NCBI RefSeq assembly: GCF_009914755.1
Contig: NC_060947.1
DNA: 64,000 nucleotides
Direction: 5' to 3' (one strand)
From: the human T2T-CHM13v2.0 reference genome, Homo sapiens
Position numbers and translations under genes: made by a program. Of the stretch, positions 30,898 to 42,579 are shown one piece after another; the first letter of the stretch is position 1, and each line of letters starts with the position of its first letter. The notes beneath the pieces were generated by a model. That model worked only from the letters and a program-made list of their open reading frames with translations. It searched no databases and had not been told where the DNA came from.

Positions 30898-31390
30898 GAA
30901 GTACTATTCAGCCAGAAAAAAAATGAAATGTTATTGTTTGTGGCAACATAGATGAACCCGGAAGACATTATGTTAAGTGAAATAAGCCACGCACAGAAGG
31001 ACAAATATTGCATGATTTCACGCATATGTGGAATCTAAGAAAGTTGAATCGTAGAAGTGGAGAGTAGAATGTTGGTTATCAGGGAATGGGAAGGGTTGGA
31101 GGAGGGCAGAAACCAGGAGAGGTTTCTCAATGAGGACAAAGTTACAGTTAGGTAGGAGGAATAAGTTCTGGTGTTCTATTGCATACTAGAGTGACGATAA
31201 TCAACAATAATGTATCGTGTACTTAAAAATAGCAGAAGGTAGAATTTCAAATGATATCCCAAAGAAATGACAAGTGTTTGAGGTGGTGGGTATGCTAATT
31301 ACCGTGATTGCATCTTTACACAATGTACACATGTATCAAAACATCACACTGTACCCTATAAGTATGTACAATTATGATGTATCAATTAAG
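29443..31390 (+). mobile_element. L1MA5/6-like element with inverted 5' segment
   Basis: Antisense ORF2 at 29443-30187, then sense ORF2 and 3'UTR at 30188-31390 (aaagttacagttaggtaggaggaataagttctggtgttctattgca). Confidence 0.85.
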
Positions 31391-31444
31391 AACCATTTAT
31401 TATAGCTTTACCTTTCGCATGTTTGACAGTTGAAATTTACACAT

Positions 31445-32340
31445 GGTTTCGGTTATCAATTTCTGATTAACAAATCACTCCAAACCTTCTGGCTAGTCAC
31501 AATTTATTATTTATAAGAATTCTTCAATCTGGGCAGAATTAGCTGGACAATTCTTTCGCTTCAATGTTGTCTCCTAGGTCTGGAATGTCAAAGATGGTGC
31601 TACGGTTGAAATGACGGTGTTCCCTCCAAACTTAATGTTGGAACTTAATCCCCAAGGCAACAGTATTGAGAGGTGTGAGCTTTAAAAGGTGATTAGACCA
31701 TAAGGTCCATCTCTCTCATGGGATTAAGGCTCTTTTAGAAGATGCTTCAATGCAGTGTTTGGTCCTTTTGCCCTTTCAGTTTCTGCCATGTGAGAACACA
31801 GCATTTCTCTCCTCTAGAGGATGCAGCAACAAAGCACCATCTTGGAAACAGAGAACAGCCCTCACCAGATATCAGTCCTGCCACTGCCTTGATCTTGGAC
31901 TTCTCAGCCTTCAGAACTACTAGAAATAAATGTCTAATTTTTATAAGTTACCAAGTCCCAGGTATTTTGTTATAGCAGCACTAATCGATTAAGATACATG
32001 GCTTTCTAACTCATGACAGATGCCTCATCTAGAATTATTAGAACAGCTGGGGATTGGTCAAGCATCTCTCCATGTAGTTAGCTTGGGTTTCATATCCAGG
32101 TTTAGCAACCATCACATGGTGACCAGTCCCCAAGAACAAAAGCTACCCCTTTGGTTAAATGTTAGGCCTGTAACAGGCACATCATTATTTCTGCTGTACT
32201 CTGTTAGTCAAAGTAAGTTAGAGGGTAGCTCAGATTTAATACAAGGGAAAAGAGAGTCGAACTTTAGGTGTGAAAAGCGGTACACACATATAGGTAGGGA
32301 AGAAATTGATGAAAGCCATATTTGAGGACTATGATACATA
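31445..32340 (-). mobile_element. Old MLT1 (MaLR) LTR, split by MST
   Basis: taacaaatcactccaaac, aatttattattt and tcaaagatgg|catggcttt; ctctgttagtcaaagtaagtta further on. Confidence 0.5.
31598..31996 (+). mobile_element. MST-family MaLR solo LTR
   Basis: Begins tgctacggttg, contains gccttgatcttggacttctcagcct, and ends ttttgttatagcagca...ttaagata. TSD gatgg/catgg. Confidence 0.85.
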
Positions 32341-32809
32341 CTCTAAAATATAGAAGCACAACAAATATATATGAGTAGGGTTAAGCTAGTATATCCAACC
32401 AGGTAAATCTTGTTTTTAACTTATATCATCTCAATCACCAGGAGAATTTTTTAATGGAAGTTCTATGTTGGATAGGATAATCCATGTGAGTTCCTCCAAC
32501 AATCACTGAAATGCCACAGGTTTAACACCATAAAAATTTATTTTCTCTCATTCACGCTAATCTGATGTAGGTTAGATGGCCTTCCACTATTTGGTATTCA
32601 CTTCATCTGGAATATGTATGTGGTCTCTTGGCAAGGGAAGAAGAGATGGATGACATTATTTCACATGGTTTCGATATGTTTAATCATTTTATCACATACA
32701 TACTGGCATATGTACTACACAATACATACATATGTATGTGTGTATGTATGCATTTATACACAATATGCACATACATGTTTTCATATGTACATTTGTATAT
32801 GTTAATATA

Positions 32810-33138
32810 CAGTTATCCCTTAGTATATACAGATAGATTCCAGGACCCTCCTCAGACACCAAATTCTATGGATGCTCAAGGTCTTAATAGAACATGGCAT
32901 AGTACAATCTACGTACACCCTCCTGTATACTTTAATTCATCTCTAGATTACTTACAATACCTAATACAATGAAAATGCTACATAAATAGTTGTTATACTT
33001 TAATGTCTAGGGAATAATGACAAGAAAAAACAAATACACGTTCACCACAAATGTAACCATCATAGGCCTAACTACACTTTTGATCTGTGGTTGGTTGAAT
33101 TTGCAGATGTAGAACCTGCAGACACAAAGGGCCAACTG
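32810..33138. mobile_element. MER2 non-autonomous DNA transposon
   Basis: TIR-like ends cagttatccct ... agggccaactg, with internal ttccaggaccc, ggatgctcaag and ggttggttgaat. Confidence 0.85.
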
Positions 33139-33369
33139 TGTATCACTTTTTAACTCAAATGGATCATTGCATAATATTTTTTTACATAAATGGCTTTTTA
33201 CCTATATACTTCTGCTACTTTTTCTAACTAAAAGATAAGCTCTGGAGAGCTTTTTAATATTAATCCCTATAGGGTACCTCATTATTCTTAATAGATGCAC
33301 AGCATTTCATAGTCTAGATATAACCTAATTAAAAAAATAAATTGCCCTAGTCATAGACATAGATCTGTG

Positions 33370-33556
33370 AGTGGTAGTATATATAGCAGATAAGAATGTT
33401 GTATCTGGAGCCAAACTACCTAGGTGTAAATTATGGCTCTCCTGTCTCCTAACTGTAATTTTAGAAAAATTACTTAAACTCACTATGCCTCAACTTCCTC
33501 ATTTGTAAAAGTATGATTAAAATAGTATCTCTTTCATAGGAATTTCATGAGGATTG
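33370..33556 (+). mobile_element. MIR SINE (continues near 33960-34020 after an MLT1 insert)
   Basis: tctggagccaaactacctaggt and ttacttaaactcactatgcctcaacttcctcatttgtaaaa. Confidence 0.75.
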
Positions 33557-33559
33557 AAA

Positions 33560-33950
33560 ATCAGGATAGATTGGATTATTCTTCAGTGATAAATCATCCC
33601 CAGTTTAAAGGACTAAAACGACAATCTGTCTTGCTCATACTTCATGCCCATCACAGATCAAGAGTGGATCTATGTTCCTCTTAGGAACTCAGGGTTTCCA
33701 GTGAATGGAGAAACCAACATCTTTAATTTCTCCATCTGTGATGCAGATAGAAGGAAGATGGAATCCCGAAAAGGACTCAAAATGGCACATAAATAATCCA
33801 GCCTATAAGTAGCACACATCAGTTTGACTCCCAACTCATTATCCAGAACCAGTCACGTGATCTCATCTTACCAGACGGAAACCAGGAAATGCAATGTATC
33901 TGTTTCTGAAAGATGGACAGCAGGAAATATTTGATGAAAAGCATTAAAGA
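33560..33950 (-). mobile_element. Old MLT1 (K/L-like) LTR
   Basis: Degenerate MaLR motifs (tcaggatag...agtgataaatcatccc, aactcattatccagaaccagtcacgtga). Confidence 0.5.
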
Positions 33951-34099
33951 CCATGAGAAGGAGCAAATGAATTAATTCTTAGCACAGATTCTGGCTCATA
34001 GTAAATGCTCAGTAAATGATGACAATTATTTCGAATTTTCCATCATAACAATGCTATAATAAATATATTTGTACACCAATATACATGCAAATGCAAGGA

Positions 34100-34437
34100 T
34101 TTTTTTTTTTTTTCAGATTTTCAGCCTTTAGATTACACAGGTACATGTGCAGGTTTGTTTTCTGGGTAAATTGCATGATGCTGAAGTTTGGCGGACAACT
34201 GATCCTGTTACCCAGGTACTGAGCATAGTACCCAATAATTAGTTTTTTTAACCCTTGCTCCTCTGCCATCCTCCCATTTCTAGTAGTCACCAGTTTCTAT
34301 TGTTGGCATCTTTATATCTAAGTGTACCCAAAGTTTAGCTCCCACTTAAAAGTGAGACCATGAGGTATTTGGCTTTTATTCCTGCATTAATTCACTTAAA
34401 ATGAGGGCCACCAGCTACATCCATGTTGCTGCAAAGG
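34100..34437 (-). mobile_element. L1PA15/16-like 3' fragment
   Basis: Poly(T), ggtacatgtgcaggtttgt, acccaggtactgagcatagtacccaata and tttagctcccactta. Confidence 0.88.
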
Positions 34438-36189
34438 TGAAAGGCTGGAGGAGCCTAATAGGTACCAGATTGGTGAAGAGAACTTCAGTGGACTAATTCT
34501 TCAGAATCAGGGTAAATCTATGTTCAGTGAGTACATGGTGCTACTAGTTGAAAATTTGTCTAAAGATCAACAAACACCTTCCATTTTCTTCAAAAATGTG
34601 TCCTGTGGTGTTTTTTTCTTCTTACTATAGGCCTTCTGACCATTCTGCCTCTTTGTCTTGTTTTTTCCTAATTTCCCCTTGGTTCTCAATTGAGGTTCTG
34701 AAAACAATGTATTACATTTTACACCAAAATCACTTTTGTTCTTTGTCCTATAGCAAGGTAAAGCAAACAGAGAGATGCTTTAAAATGACCATGGTATTTT
34801 CAAATGACAGGAATGTATTCATTCAGGAAGCTGTAGTGTGCTGAATTGAATGCAACTGTTTTCCTCAGGGAAATAAGATAAAAAGGGGTCACTAAATATG
34901 AGCTTAAGGGACAGTCTATTTCACGTTTGTAACAAGAAGCAGACAGGCTTGTTGATCTACCATTGAACTAGAATTACAGAAGACATAAAGCAATTACTGA
35001 TGCAGAAACTGGCCATTCGAGACAGCACATTCATTTGCCCTAGGATCTGAAATAACTCTTTCAAAACAAACATTTCCATCAGCAAATTTTAAGCAGTTAA
35101 ATGCCACCTTTAGCAGTTTTCTATATTAGCAATTTAATGTATATTTACAAATATTGAGGTGTTTAGACTTCAAAAAAGAGAAAGTCATGTTAAAACAAGG
35201 CAAGGCATCAAGACTGCAATACACATGTGAAATTATACTGAAATATTAAAATTGTCCAGGTTGTAACAGAAATCCCAGCACTTATCATGGAAATAAGAGG
35301 TTAGAAACAGTTCACCTCTAAATGTTGGTAGGACAAGACACCAAGTAGTTCATTTTATCAAAAACAGTAGGAGTTGTTTGCCACAAAAATATTTCTCATG
35401 AATGTACTTCCTCACTGCCAAATTAAGCCTGTTAACTGGTCTAAGGATCCAACCAGGTGTAATACTTCTGTGTATAATTTTTCAGAAAGAAAAACACTTT
35501 ACTTTGACAATCTTTTCCTTGACTTCTCTTGTTCACTAGTTACTAAGTCCTGAAAATTATTTTGAAACAAATCAAAGCAACATTATTTTCCTTATCTTTC
35601 TATAAGCATTGCCTTCACCCTAAACCAGCACACACACCCTTACACATCTTGGTGAGTTCAGTGATCTCCAAAGTGGTTTTCCTGCATGTAGTCTATCATG
35701 CACATTTCTGGCCAAAATCATTTAATAGACGTTGAGCAGCTTGCATACATCCTATGTGCTTGGGATCCATTAATGATCAAAACAAAGTTTCCTAACCCCA
35801 TGGAACTGACATTCTAGCAGTAGGAGATAGATAATAAAAATACACATAATAAATAATAAATCATATTGTGTTATAAGTGCTATAGAGAAAAAAGAAAAAG
35901 AGGAAAACACATATGATCTTTCCTCAGTAACATTTTTCATCATGCTATGTTTCCCCTTCCCCTATTTATCAGCCTTCAATATCTCCCCATTCTCCATACG
36001 TTTAAATGGAACCTCTTAGTCTGTCAGTGGCTTCTTTGTCTGTCCCACACTGAGGATTCCACAACCACTTCTTTTCCATCCTTATCCTCTATTATACCCC
36101 ATACACAGGTTTCTGCTCCAGCAAAGCCAGTGGGGCTCCAATTAAGGAGCTTAGCACCATCACCATCAAAACAAAAAAAAAAAACAGAT

Positions 36190-36430
36190 AAAATAAATGA
36201 GCACTTACTATGTGTCTGGCATTGTACTAAACTCTTTACAAGGACTACCTCATTTAATCCTCACATACTTACACGGCCCAGTGTGATAGGTATTATCATC
36301 ATCTTCATTTTGCAGATGAGGACATTGAAGTACAGGGACTAACTAGTTCAAGATCACACAGGTCAGTAAGTTAGTGAGCTAGCATTTGAACCCAAATCTG
36401 ACACGAAAGACCATATTCTTCACCAGTATG
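36190..36430 (-). mobile_element. MIR SINE
   Basis: tgagcacttactatgtg, ctcatttaatcctcac, cattttgcagatgagga and atttgaaccca. Confidence 0.8.
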
Positions 36431-36467
36431 CCTTGGATTTTAACTACCTGAAGCCATTGCACAGGAG

Positions 36468-36687
36468 CAGGGGTTGGCATTTTCTATAAAGGGTCAGATA
36501 ATAAATGTTTTGGGCCTTTCGGGCCATACAGTTGTCTGTAAACTACTCAACTCTGTCCCTATTGCTTGAAAACAAACACCAACAATATGTAAATGAATGT
36601 ATATGGCTGTATGCCAATAAAAACTTATTTACAAAAACAGGTGATGGGAGGAACTTGGCCCATGGGCCCATAGTTTGCCAATCCCTG
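36468..36687 (+). mobile_element. MER58A hAT-Charlie MITE
   Basis: TIRs caggggttggca ... tgccaatccctg, with body actactcaactctg and ccaataaaaacttatttacaaaaacagg. Confidence 0.88.
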
Positions 36688-37739
36688 TACTAGACTGAGC
36701 ACTCCTAGTCATAAGGTCAATGATCATGTCTTATGCATCTTGTTAATCCCAGTGCCTCTACAGTGTTTGGAAACTGAGGCACAGAGTCCACAAAGTTTGT
36801 AAGTGATGGATCTAGGATGCTGACCCAAGCAGTTTGACTCTAGAGCTTGTGTTCCTAACTAGCAAGCAAGCCTGCCTTTCAAATATTTAATAATATCTTA
36901 TAAATATCTTATAGAGAACTTGGCATGCAGTAAGTCCTCAAAAATAAGTGGCTATTATCACCATAGTTATCTAAAAAGGAATCACGTAAAAGGGCAGATT
37001 AGTGAAGGCCATGATAGCTAACTTAAAAGCAAAATACAAACAAACTTTAAAAAGGAAAAATAGTGCCTGACAGAATCTAAAGAAATCAGTGTCAATCCTG
37101 ATGGGGAATACATTCAGGAACAATACACAAAAGACCAAGAAAATATGATGGCAGTGTTCATCCTTGCTATCACTTCAATAGCAGAATGAGATTAACCTCA
37201 TCCGTAAACACCAAGTTTATTGTGCGTATAGTCCAAAGTATCTGGCACTAACCCAGGGTTAGCTCAGAGTCTTGTAATCTTAACAAACACAAGGGCATGA
37301 CCCAGGAACCAGACCAAGGCCTTGAAATGTTCTCCTTGGAGCAAGATGCAGTAATAATGGTATGAGAATTAACTGGCTCCTATGTACTCTCTTAGTGCTA
37401 TTTTTATATTTATATGCCATCACCTGCCTGGATGTGAACTGTAGCTTTGCTTTGGGTTCTCACTTTCTTGGATGGGCACACAAAAATGCCCAGTATCAAT
37501 TCAGTCTGAAACTTTCTCCAGTGAAAATGCTGGCTAGTCATGTTCAAGATAATAAAGTTGGTATTTCTGAATTATTTACATTAGCCGTCTTCTATACCCT
37601 CCAACTCATAACTGTTCATTCAAGGTTATCATGATTATATTCAAAATATATGTATTTTTCTAGAGTTAAGGCAGATAAATGAAATAAAATGACATCTGAA
37701 ATACTGAAATACTATGACTTATTTGAATGTAGCCTGACA

Positions 37740-37890
37740 TTTTTCTTTTTTTTTCTTTTTTTTTTTTTTAAATAGAGATAGGGTTTTGCCATGTTGGCCA
37801 GGCTGGTCTTGAACTCCTGAGCTCAAGCAATCCGCCTGCCTTGGCCTCCCAAAGTGCTGGGATTGCAGGCATGAGCCATCAGGCCCGGTC
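37740..37890 (-). mobile_element. FLAM / Alu left monomer
   Basis: Poly(T) followed by a single antisense monomer with gagctcaagcaatcc (FLAM_C/AluJ type). Confidence 0.85.
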
Positions 37891-38864
37891 ATATTTCAAA
37901 AACCAATTTCAAAAACCATACTATCTGAGGAGGTTTTCCCTAGGTTCATCTCTATATACAAAAAGTTTGTCAGCTTTTATTGAAAATAAATGCATTATTG
38001 AGTATATATTCAGTTCTCTCTATACTGTTAATATTGTATTCTCTGTGCAACAATCAACAATCCTTTTTGAGCACTTACTATGTGTAAAAATACTGAAAAA
38101 AAAAAACCTGGGACCTGCTCCAGAGTATTTTACAATCTTATAGGGAAGAGAAATGTGTATGTTGATTCATTTTTTTTTTAAATGTGGTACTTGCCGTGAT
38201 AATGGGAAGTTGGAGATGTTAGAACACAGAGAAGTCTCTTGGGTTTTGTGATGGATTTGGTGAAAGAAAAGTGGTTTGAGAACTCTTCCTACAGGAAGGG
38301 ACACGTAATACGAATATTGAAGGGTGAATAAAAATTAGCCAGGTAAATGAGACCTTTCCAGGCAAAAGGAGCTTCAGTGGGAAAAAGCAGAAAAGTAGGA
38401 ATGAATATTTTGATTACAGGAAAAAAGCCTCTTAGAACCACAGGATGATATAGCTTGAGAAAGAAAAAAGGAATGAGATACAATATTGGAGATGTGCTAG
38501 GAGTCCAGATCCATTCATTCATTTTTTCCTATATTCCTTTATTCATTAAATAAGCTTTTAATTGCATACCTCCTATTTCAAAGAAAGGAATCAAACAGTC
38601 TCAACCCCTGGCATTGCAATGCTTACAATTTAGTGGAAATAATTAAAACAGGTAATTATCGAACAGCACAATGAGCACTTTGTATGTCTAGAAAATTTTT
38701 TATCCCCCAACCTTAATGCAGCTGGGTCTACTTCATTATGCTCAGCTCATATATTAATTCCTTAAGAGATTTTCTTTGATCTTCCACCACGAAATAAGTC
38801 AGTCCATCCCTCCTGTGCTTTTCATGTGTTCTATTGTGACTTAGCAGTTATCAAAATTTATGAA

Positions 38865-38937
38865 TATTAGGCCAACCATGTGAAATTGACATTTTTATTG
38901 GTCAAATGTCAGTAATTTCACCTGATTCACCCTAATA
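38865..38937. mobile_element. MADE2 mariner MITE (palindromic)
   Basis: tattagg..aaccatgtgaaattg ... aatttca..tgattca.cctaata, a ~73-bp imperfect palindrome with TA ends. Confidence 0.8.
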
Positions 38938-39566
38938 TATTTTGAACTCAATATACTTTTATGCATGTGTTTACTTGTTTTTGTCGCCCTTTGTCTCTAT
39001 TAAAACAAAGGCCATATCTATTTTGCTCACAATTACATTCTGAGAATATAGTATAGTACCTCATATGGTATAAGTATTCAATAAATGTCAATTGATATTA
39101 CTATTACTGCTGTTATTATTATCATCACTCTTATCTTTATAGCTTTACAAATATTTTGGAGGGCTAATACGTGCTAAAATGGTAGAATTCAAGTAATATG
39201 GGAACACATAAGGGGGAGATCTAACTCAGAATTTTTATGGGTACATTAGATTAAGATAAAGAGAGTTATTGAAATTAAGGCCCAAAAGATGGCTGGTAGT
39301 CCAGAACAAGAAAGAGGTTAAAGGAAAGGGAAATTCTAAGTGGAAAAGTCATCATGTGCTAAGGCTGACACATGAGAGTGGACATGGCCTCCATACTGAG
39401 AAATGAACAGGTCTTTGTGGCTCATGGGAAGGTCATGGGAAGAGTTAGAGGACATAAAGTCAGAGGGGTGGGTAGGGCCCAGATGGTTAAATTCCTGTAG
39501 GCCACAGTAGAGTTTGAGTTGTAGTATAATGGTGACAGGAAGTCATTGGATTTTGGAGAAGAAGGT

Positions 39567-40204
39567 GTCTAAGTTCATTCAGTCTTGTCTAACAAATACC
39601 ACAAACTAGGTGGCTTTTAAACAATAGAAATTTATTTCTCACAGTCTGGAGGCTGAGAAGTCCAAGATCAAGGTGCTATTAGATTTAGTGTCTGGTGAGG
39701 TCCCACATTCTGGTTCATAGATGGCACCTTCTTGCTATGTCCTTGCATGGCGAAAGGAGCAAAAGAGCTCCTTCTTGGGCCTCTTTTATAAGGGAATTAA
39801 TCCCATTCATGAGGGCTCCACTCTCATTACCTAATCATGGCTCCCAAAGGACCCACCTCCTAATACCATCATCTTGGAGGATACAATTTCAACATATGAG
39901 GCTGAGGCGAGTGGATCACCTGAGGTCAGGAGTTCAAGACCAGCCTGGCCAACATGGCGAAACCTTGTCTCTACTAACAATACAAAAATTAGCCGGGTGT
40001 GGTGGTGAGCGCCTGTAATCCCAGCTACTCGGGAGGCTGAGGCAGAGAGAACTGCTTAAAACCCAGGAGGTGGAGATTTTAGTGAGCTGAGATCGCGCCC
40101 CACAATCCACTTGGGCGACAGAGTGAGACTCCGTCTCAAAAAAAAAAAAAAAAAAAGAATTTCCACATATGAATTTGCAGGAGATAAATATTGAGACTAT
40201 AGCA
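39567..40204 (-). mobile_element. MLT1A-type MaLR LTR with Alu insertion
   Basis: aaacaatagaaatttatttctcacagtctggaggctgagaagtccaagatcaagg and aatcccattcatgagggctcc; ends gactatagca. Confidence 0.88.
39900..40157 (+). mobile_element. 5'-truncated AluS
   Basis: Starts at ggctgaggcgagtggatcac and has a poly(A) tail. TSD aatttc(a/c)acatatga at 39885-39899 / 40158-40172. Confidence 0.93.
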
Positions 40205-40525
40205 GAAAGTGGCATATTATTTACATTTTAAGTCTAGTATTGAAGTTCTGTGTGTAGAATTAATTCTAAGAGTAAAAGAATGAAAGATCTCTTAGATGTT
40301 TATAAGTGATCCAGTCTAGTGAGTGTATAGCTGACAAGGAGGGCTAGATCAGCAAGTTATTCAGGGCTTTGTGTATGGTTTAGAAGTGAGAGAGCAAGGT
40401 TTCTGGACTGGGGAACTTGATAGATGATAGATTCATTTACTGAGATAGGTAATACTAGATGAAGAACAGGTGAGGGTAAGAGTTGTTGAGATCAGTTCTG
40501 AACATGTTAAGACTCCAGAGTTTCA

Positions 40526-42567
40526 TTTTTTTTTTAGTGGAGTAAAACTTTCTTCTTTTTAAATTCAACACAAACAAGATGCTGAAAAAGTCCTTGCCAT
40601 CTCTGACAGAAAAGCAGAGCAGCTCTGTTTCATGAACGACAGCACAATTAAAGCTAAAATAATATAAAAATAATTAAATAAATCCCTTTTACTGTATACA
40701 CTCAAAGCAAGAAAGAGAAACAGTTTTGTTTTTTCTCTGCTAGCCAGAAAATGTGTTTCTTTTAATTTGGGCTTTGAAGTTCAGTGTACCCCACATCTGT
40801 GTGCATGTTTGTGCGGCTATGTGTGTGTGATCTATGCAGTGTAGAAACCCCTAATCTTTTCATCTAGTTCGCCTCATCATTAAGCTACTTAACCAATTAT
40901 AATACTATTATGTCACATTGAACAAGCTTACATAATTGCTCTTTGAAATACTAGGAACATTGACACATGTATTTGGCTTGTAAAGGACTGAAATATTACA
41001 GATAATATTATCCAGCTTTTTTTTTAAAAAAAAAAAAAAGGTTCTTAATAAATTGATTGAGTTCCAGAGCGACGGTCACTTTTTAAAAATTTCTTAAGCT
41101 GACTAGAAGCAGGACGAATATCTTCTGATTTGGCCAAAGATATGACAAGTATTTCATTTCCCTTAAAATTTGAGGGATAAGTGTATAAGGGGCCCTTTGC
41201 TGTCAACTGTTTTCAGCTGAACTCGTCATGAAGTTTGTTATAATATTGCCACTCAGCCAGCAGAGGGCACTTTAAACACCTCTACATCGCTTGGGCAGCA
41301 AACGTAGATGATGCAGAAACACAGTGTTCGCCCAACATCAGGAAGAGCCCCTGCGATTTCCTTTTGGAATTCACAAAAATATAGAAAATATGTGTTACTC
41401 TCACTTTCAGAACATCTTCTGGTCCTCACTCATGTACCTTGTGCTCTTCTGCCATTTCTTCTTTGAGGCCTACATTGGCAAAACGAGGCAAACAACGAAG
41501 GCTGAATAGTGTTGGAACTGAGGAGGAAGCCATAGCTCAGGGTCATCAAGAAAAATAATAGATAAAAGAAAATGGCACAAGGAATCACACGTGGTGCAGC
41601 TAAAACAAAACACAACAAAACAAGAGCAAACACAAAACCCAAGGCAGCTTAGGGATAATTAGGTTGATTTAACCCAGTATGTTTATGATCCTTTTAGGGT
41701 GAGCACTCACTGAGTGCACGTCCATCTCCAAGCACTGCTGCTGGAAGACCCCATTCCCTCTTTATCTGTCAACTCTAGGACAAAGGATAACAAAAGCAAG
41801 CCAGAGGCAGAGGAGACTAATCGAAGGCAAACAAAGGCTATTAACACATAGGAAAAAATGTATTTACTAAGTGTCACATTTCTCTAAGATGAAAGGCTTT
41901 TACTCTAGAAACTGTGCGAGCACACACACACACACCATCCTTTCTAACTTTATGGACACTAAACTGGAGCCAATTGAAAAAATAAAAATGAAAGAGACAC
42001 AGGGTGTATACCTAGAACAATGCTTTTGCAGAAGCTAAAGCCTTTTTAAAAAATGTTAGCTGCTGTAGCCCCCATGAGAAAAGGTGTCTTAATCATCCTT
42101 ATGAAAACAGATGTAAACAACTATATTTCAACTAACTTCATCTTCACTGCATAGCCTCAGGCTAGTGAGTTTGCCAAAACCAAAGCGGGTGAATAGGTTC
42201 CCAAGGTTCTTCCTGGGAGGATGGAAACAGTGCAGCCCAGGTCCCACGGGGGCAGCTCCATCCCAGAGCATTTCTGATAGTTGAACTGTAATTTCTACTC
42301 TTAAATGTGATACGAAGCATTATCCTTTTGTTCGGTTGCCCCGGGCTTTTGAACAGAAGAGTAAATACAGAATCAAAAAGATAAACGCTCAACCGAACAA
42401 TGTGAAAATGGGTTCTGTAATAGCTGTAAAAAGGCCTGGCCCAAGACCACTGTGAGCTAGAAAAGGGAGAAAGATAGTGGGAAAAGAGGTGAGCCGCAGA
42501 TCGATTCGGTAGACGGTGTGTATGCCCCTCTCTATTTGACTTCACATACACTCATAACTTTCCAAAT
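40526..42567 (-). pseudogene. Probable 5'-truncated processed pseudogene consisting of 3'UTR only; parent gene not recognised
   Basis: About 2 kb with no recognisable repeat, starting with T10 (poly(A) on the minus strand). AAGAAA lies ~13 nt upstream of the tail. AU-rich ATTTATTTA on the minus strand and more CpG than the flanks. Imperfect TSD agagtttcatt 40517-40527 / agagttacttt 42568-42578. Confidence 0.68.
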
Positions 42568-42579
42568 AGAGTTACTTTC

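Larger units (their letters stand above)
39150..40510. mobile_element. L2 relic, interrupted by MLT1A and Alu
   Basis: Purine-rich L2 motifs (ggtagggcccagat, aggaagtcattgga, attcatttactgagatagg, gttctgaacatgttaag). Confidence 0.5.

Noticed and set aside
42162-42551. 129-aa minus-strand ORF at the 5' end of the putative retrocopy
   Set aside because: It starts at GTG, has no recognisable domain and has UTR-like composition, so it cannot be supported as the parent's CDS.
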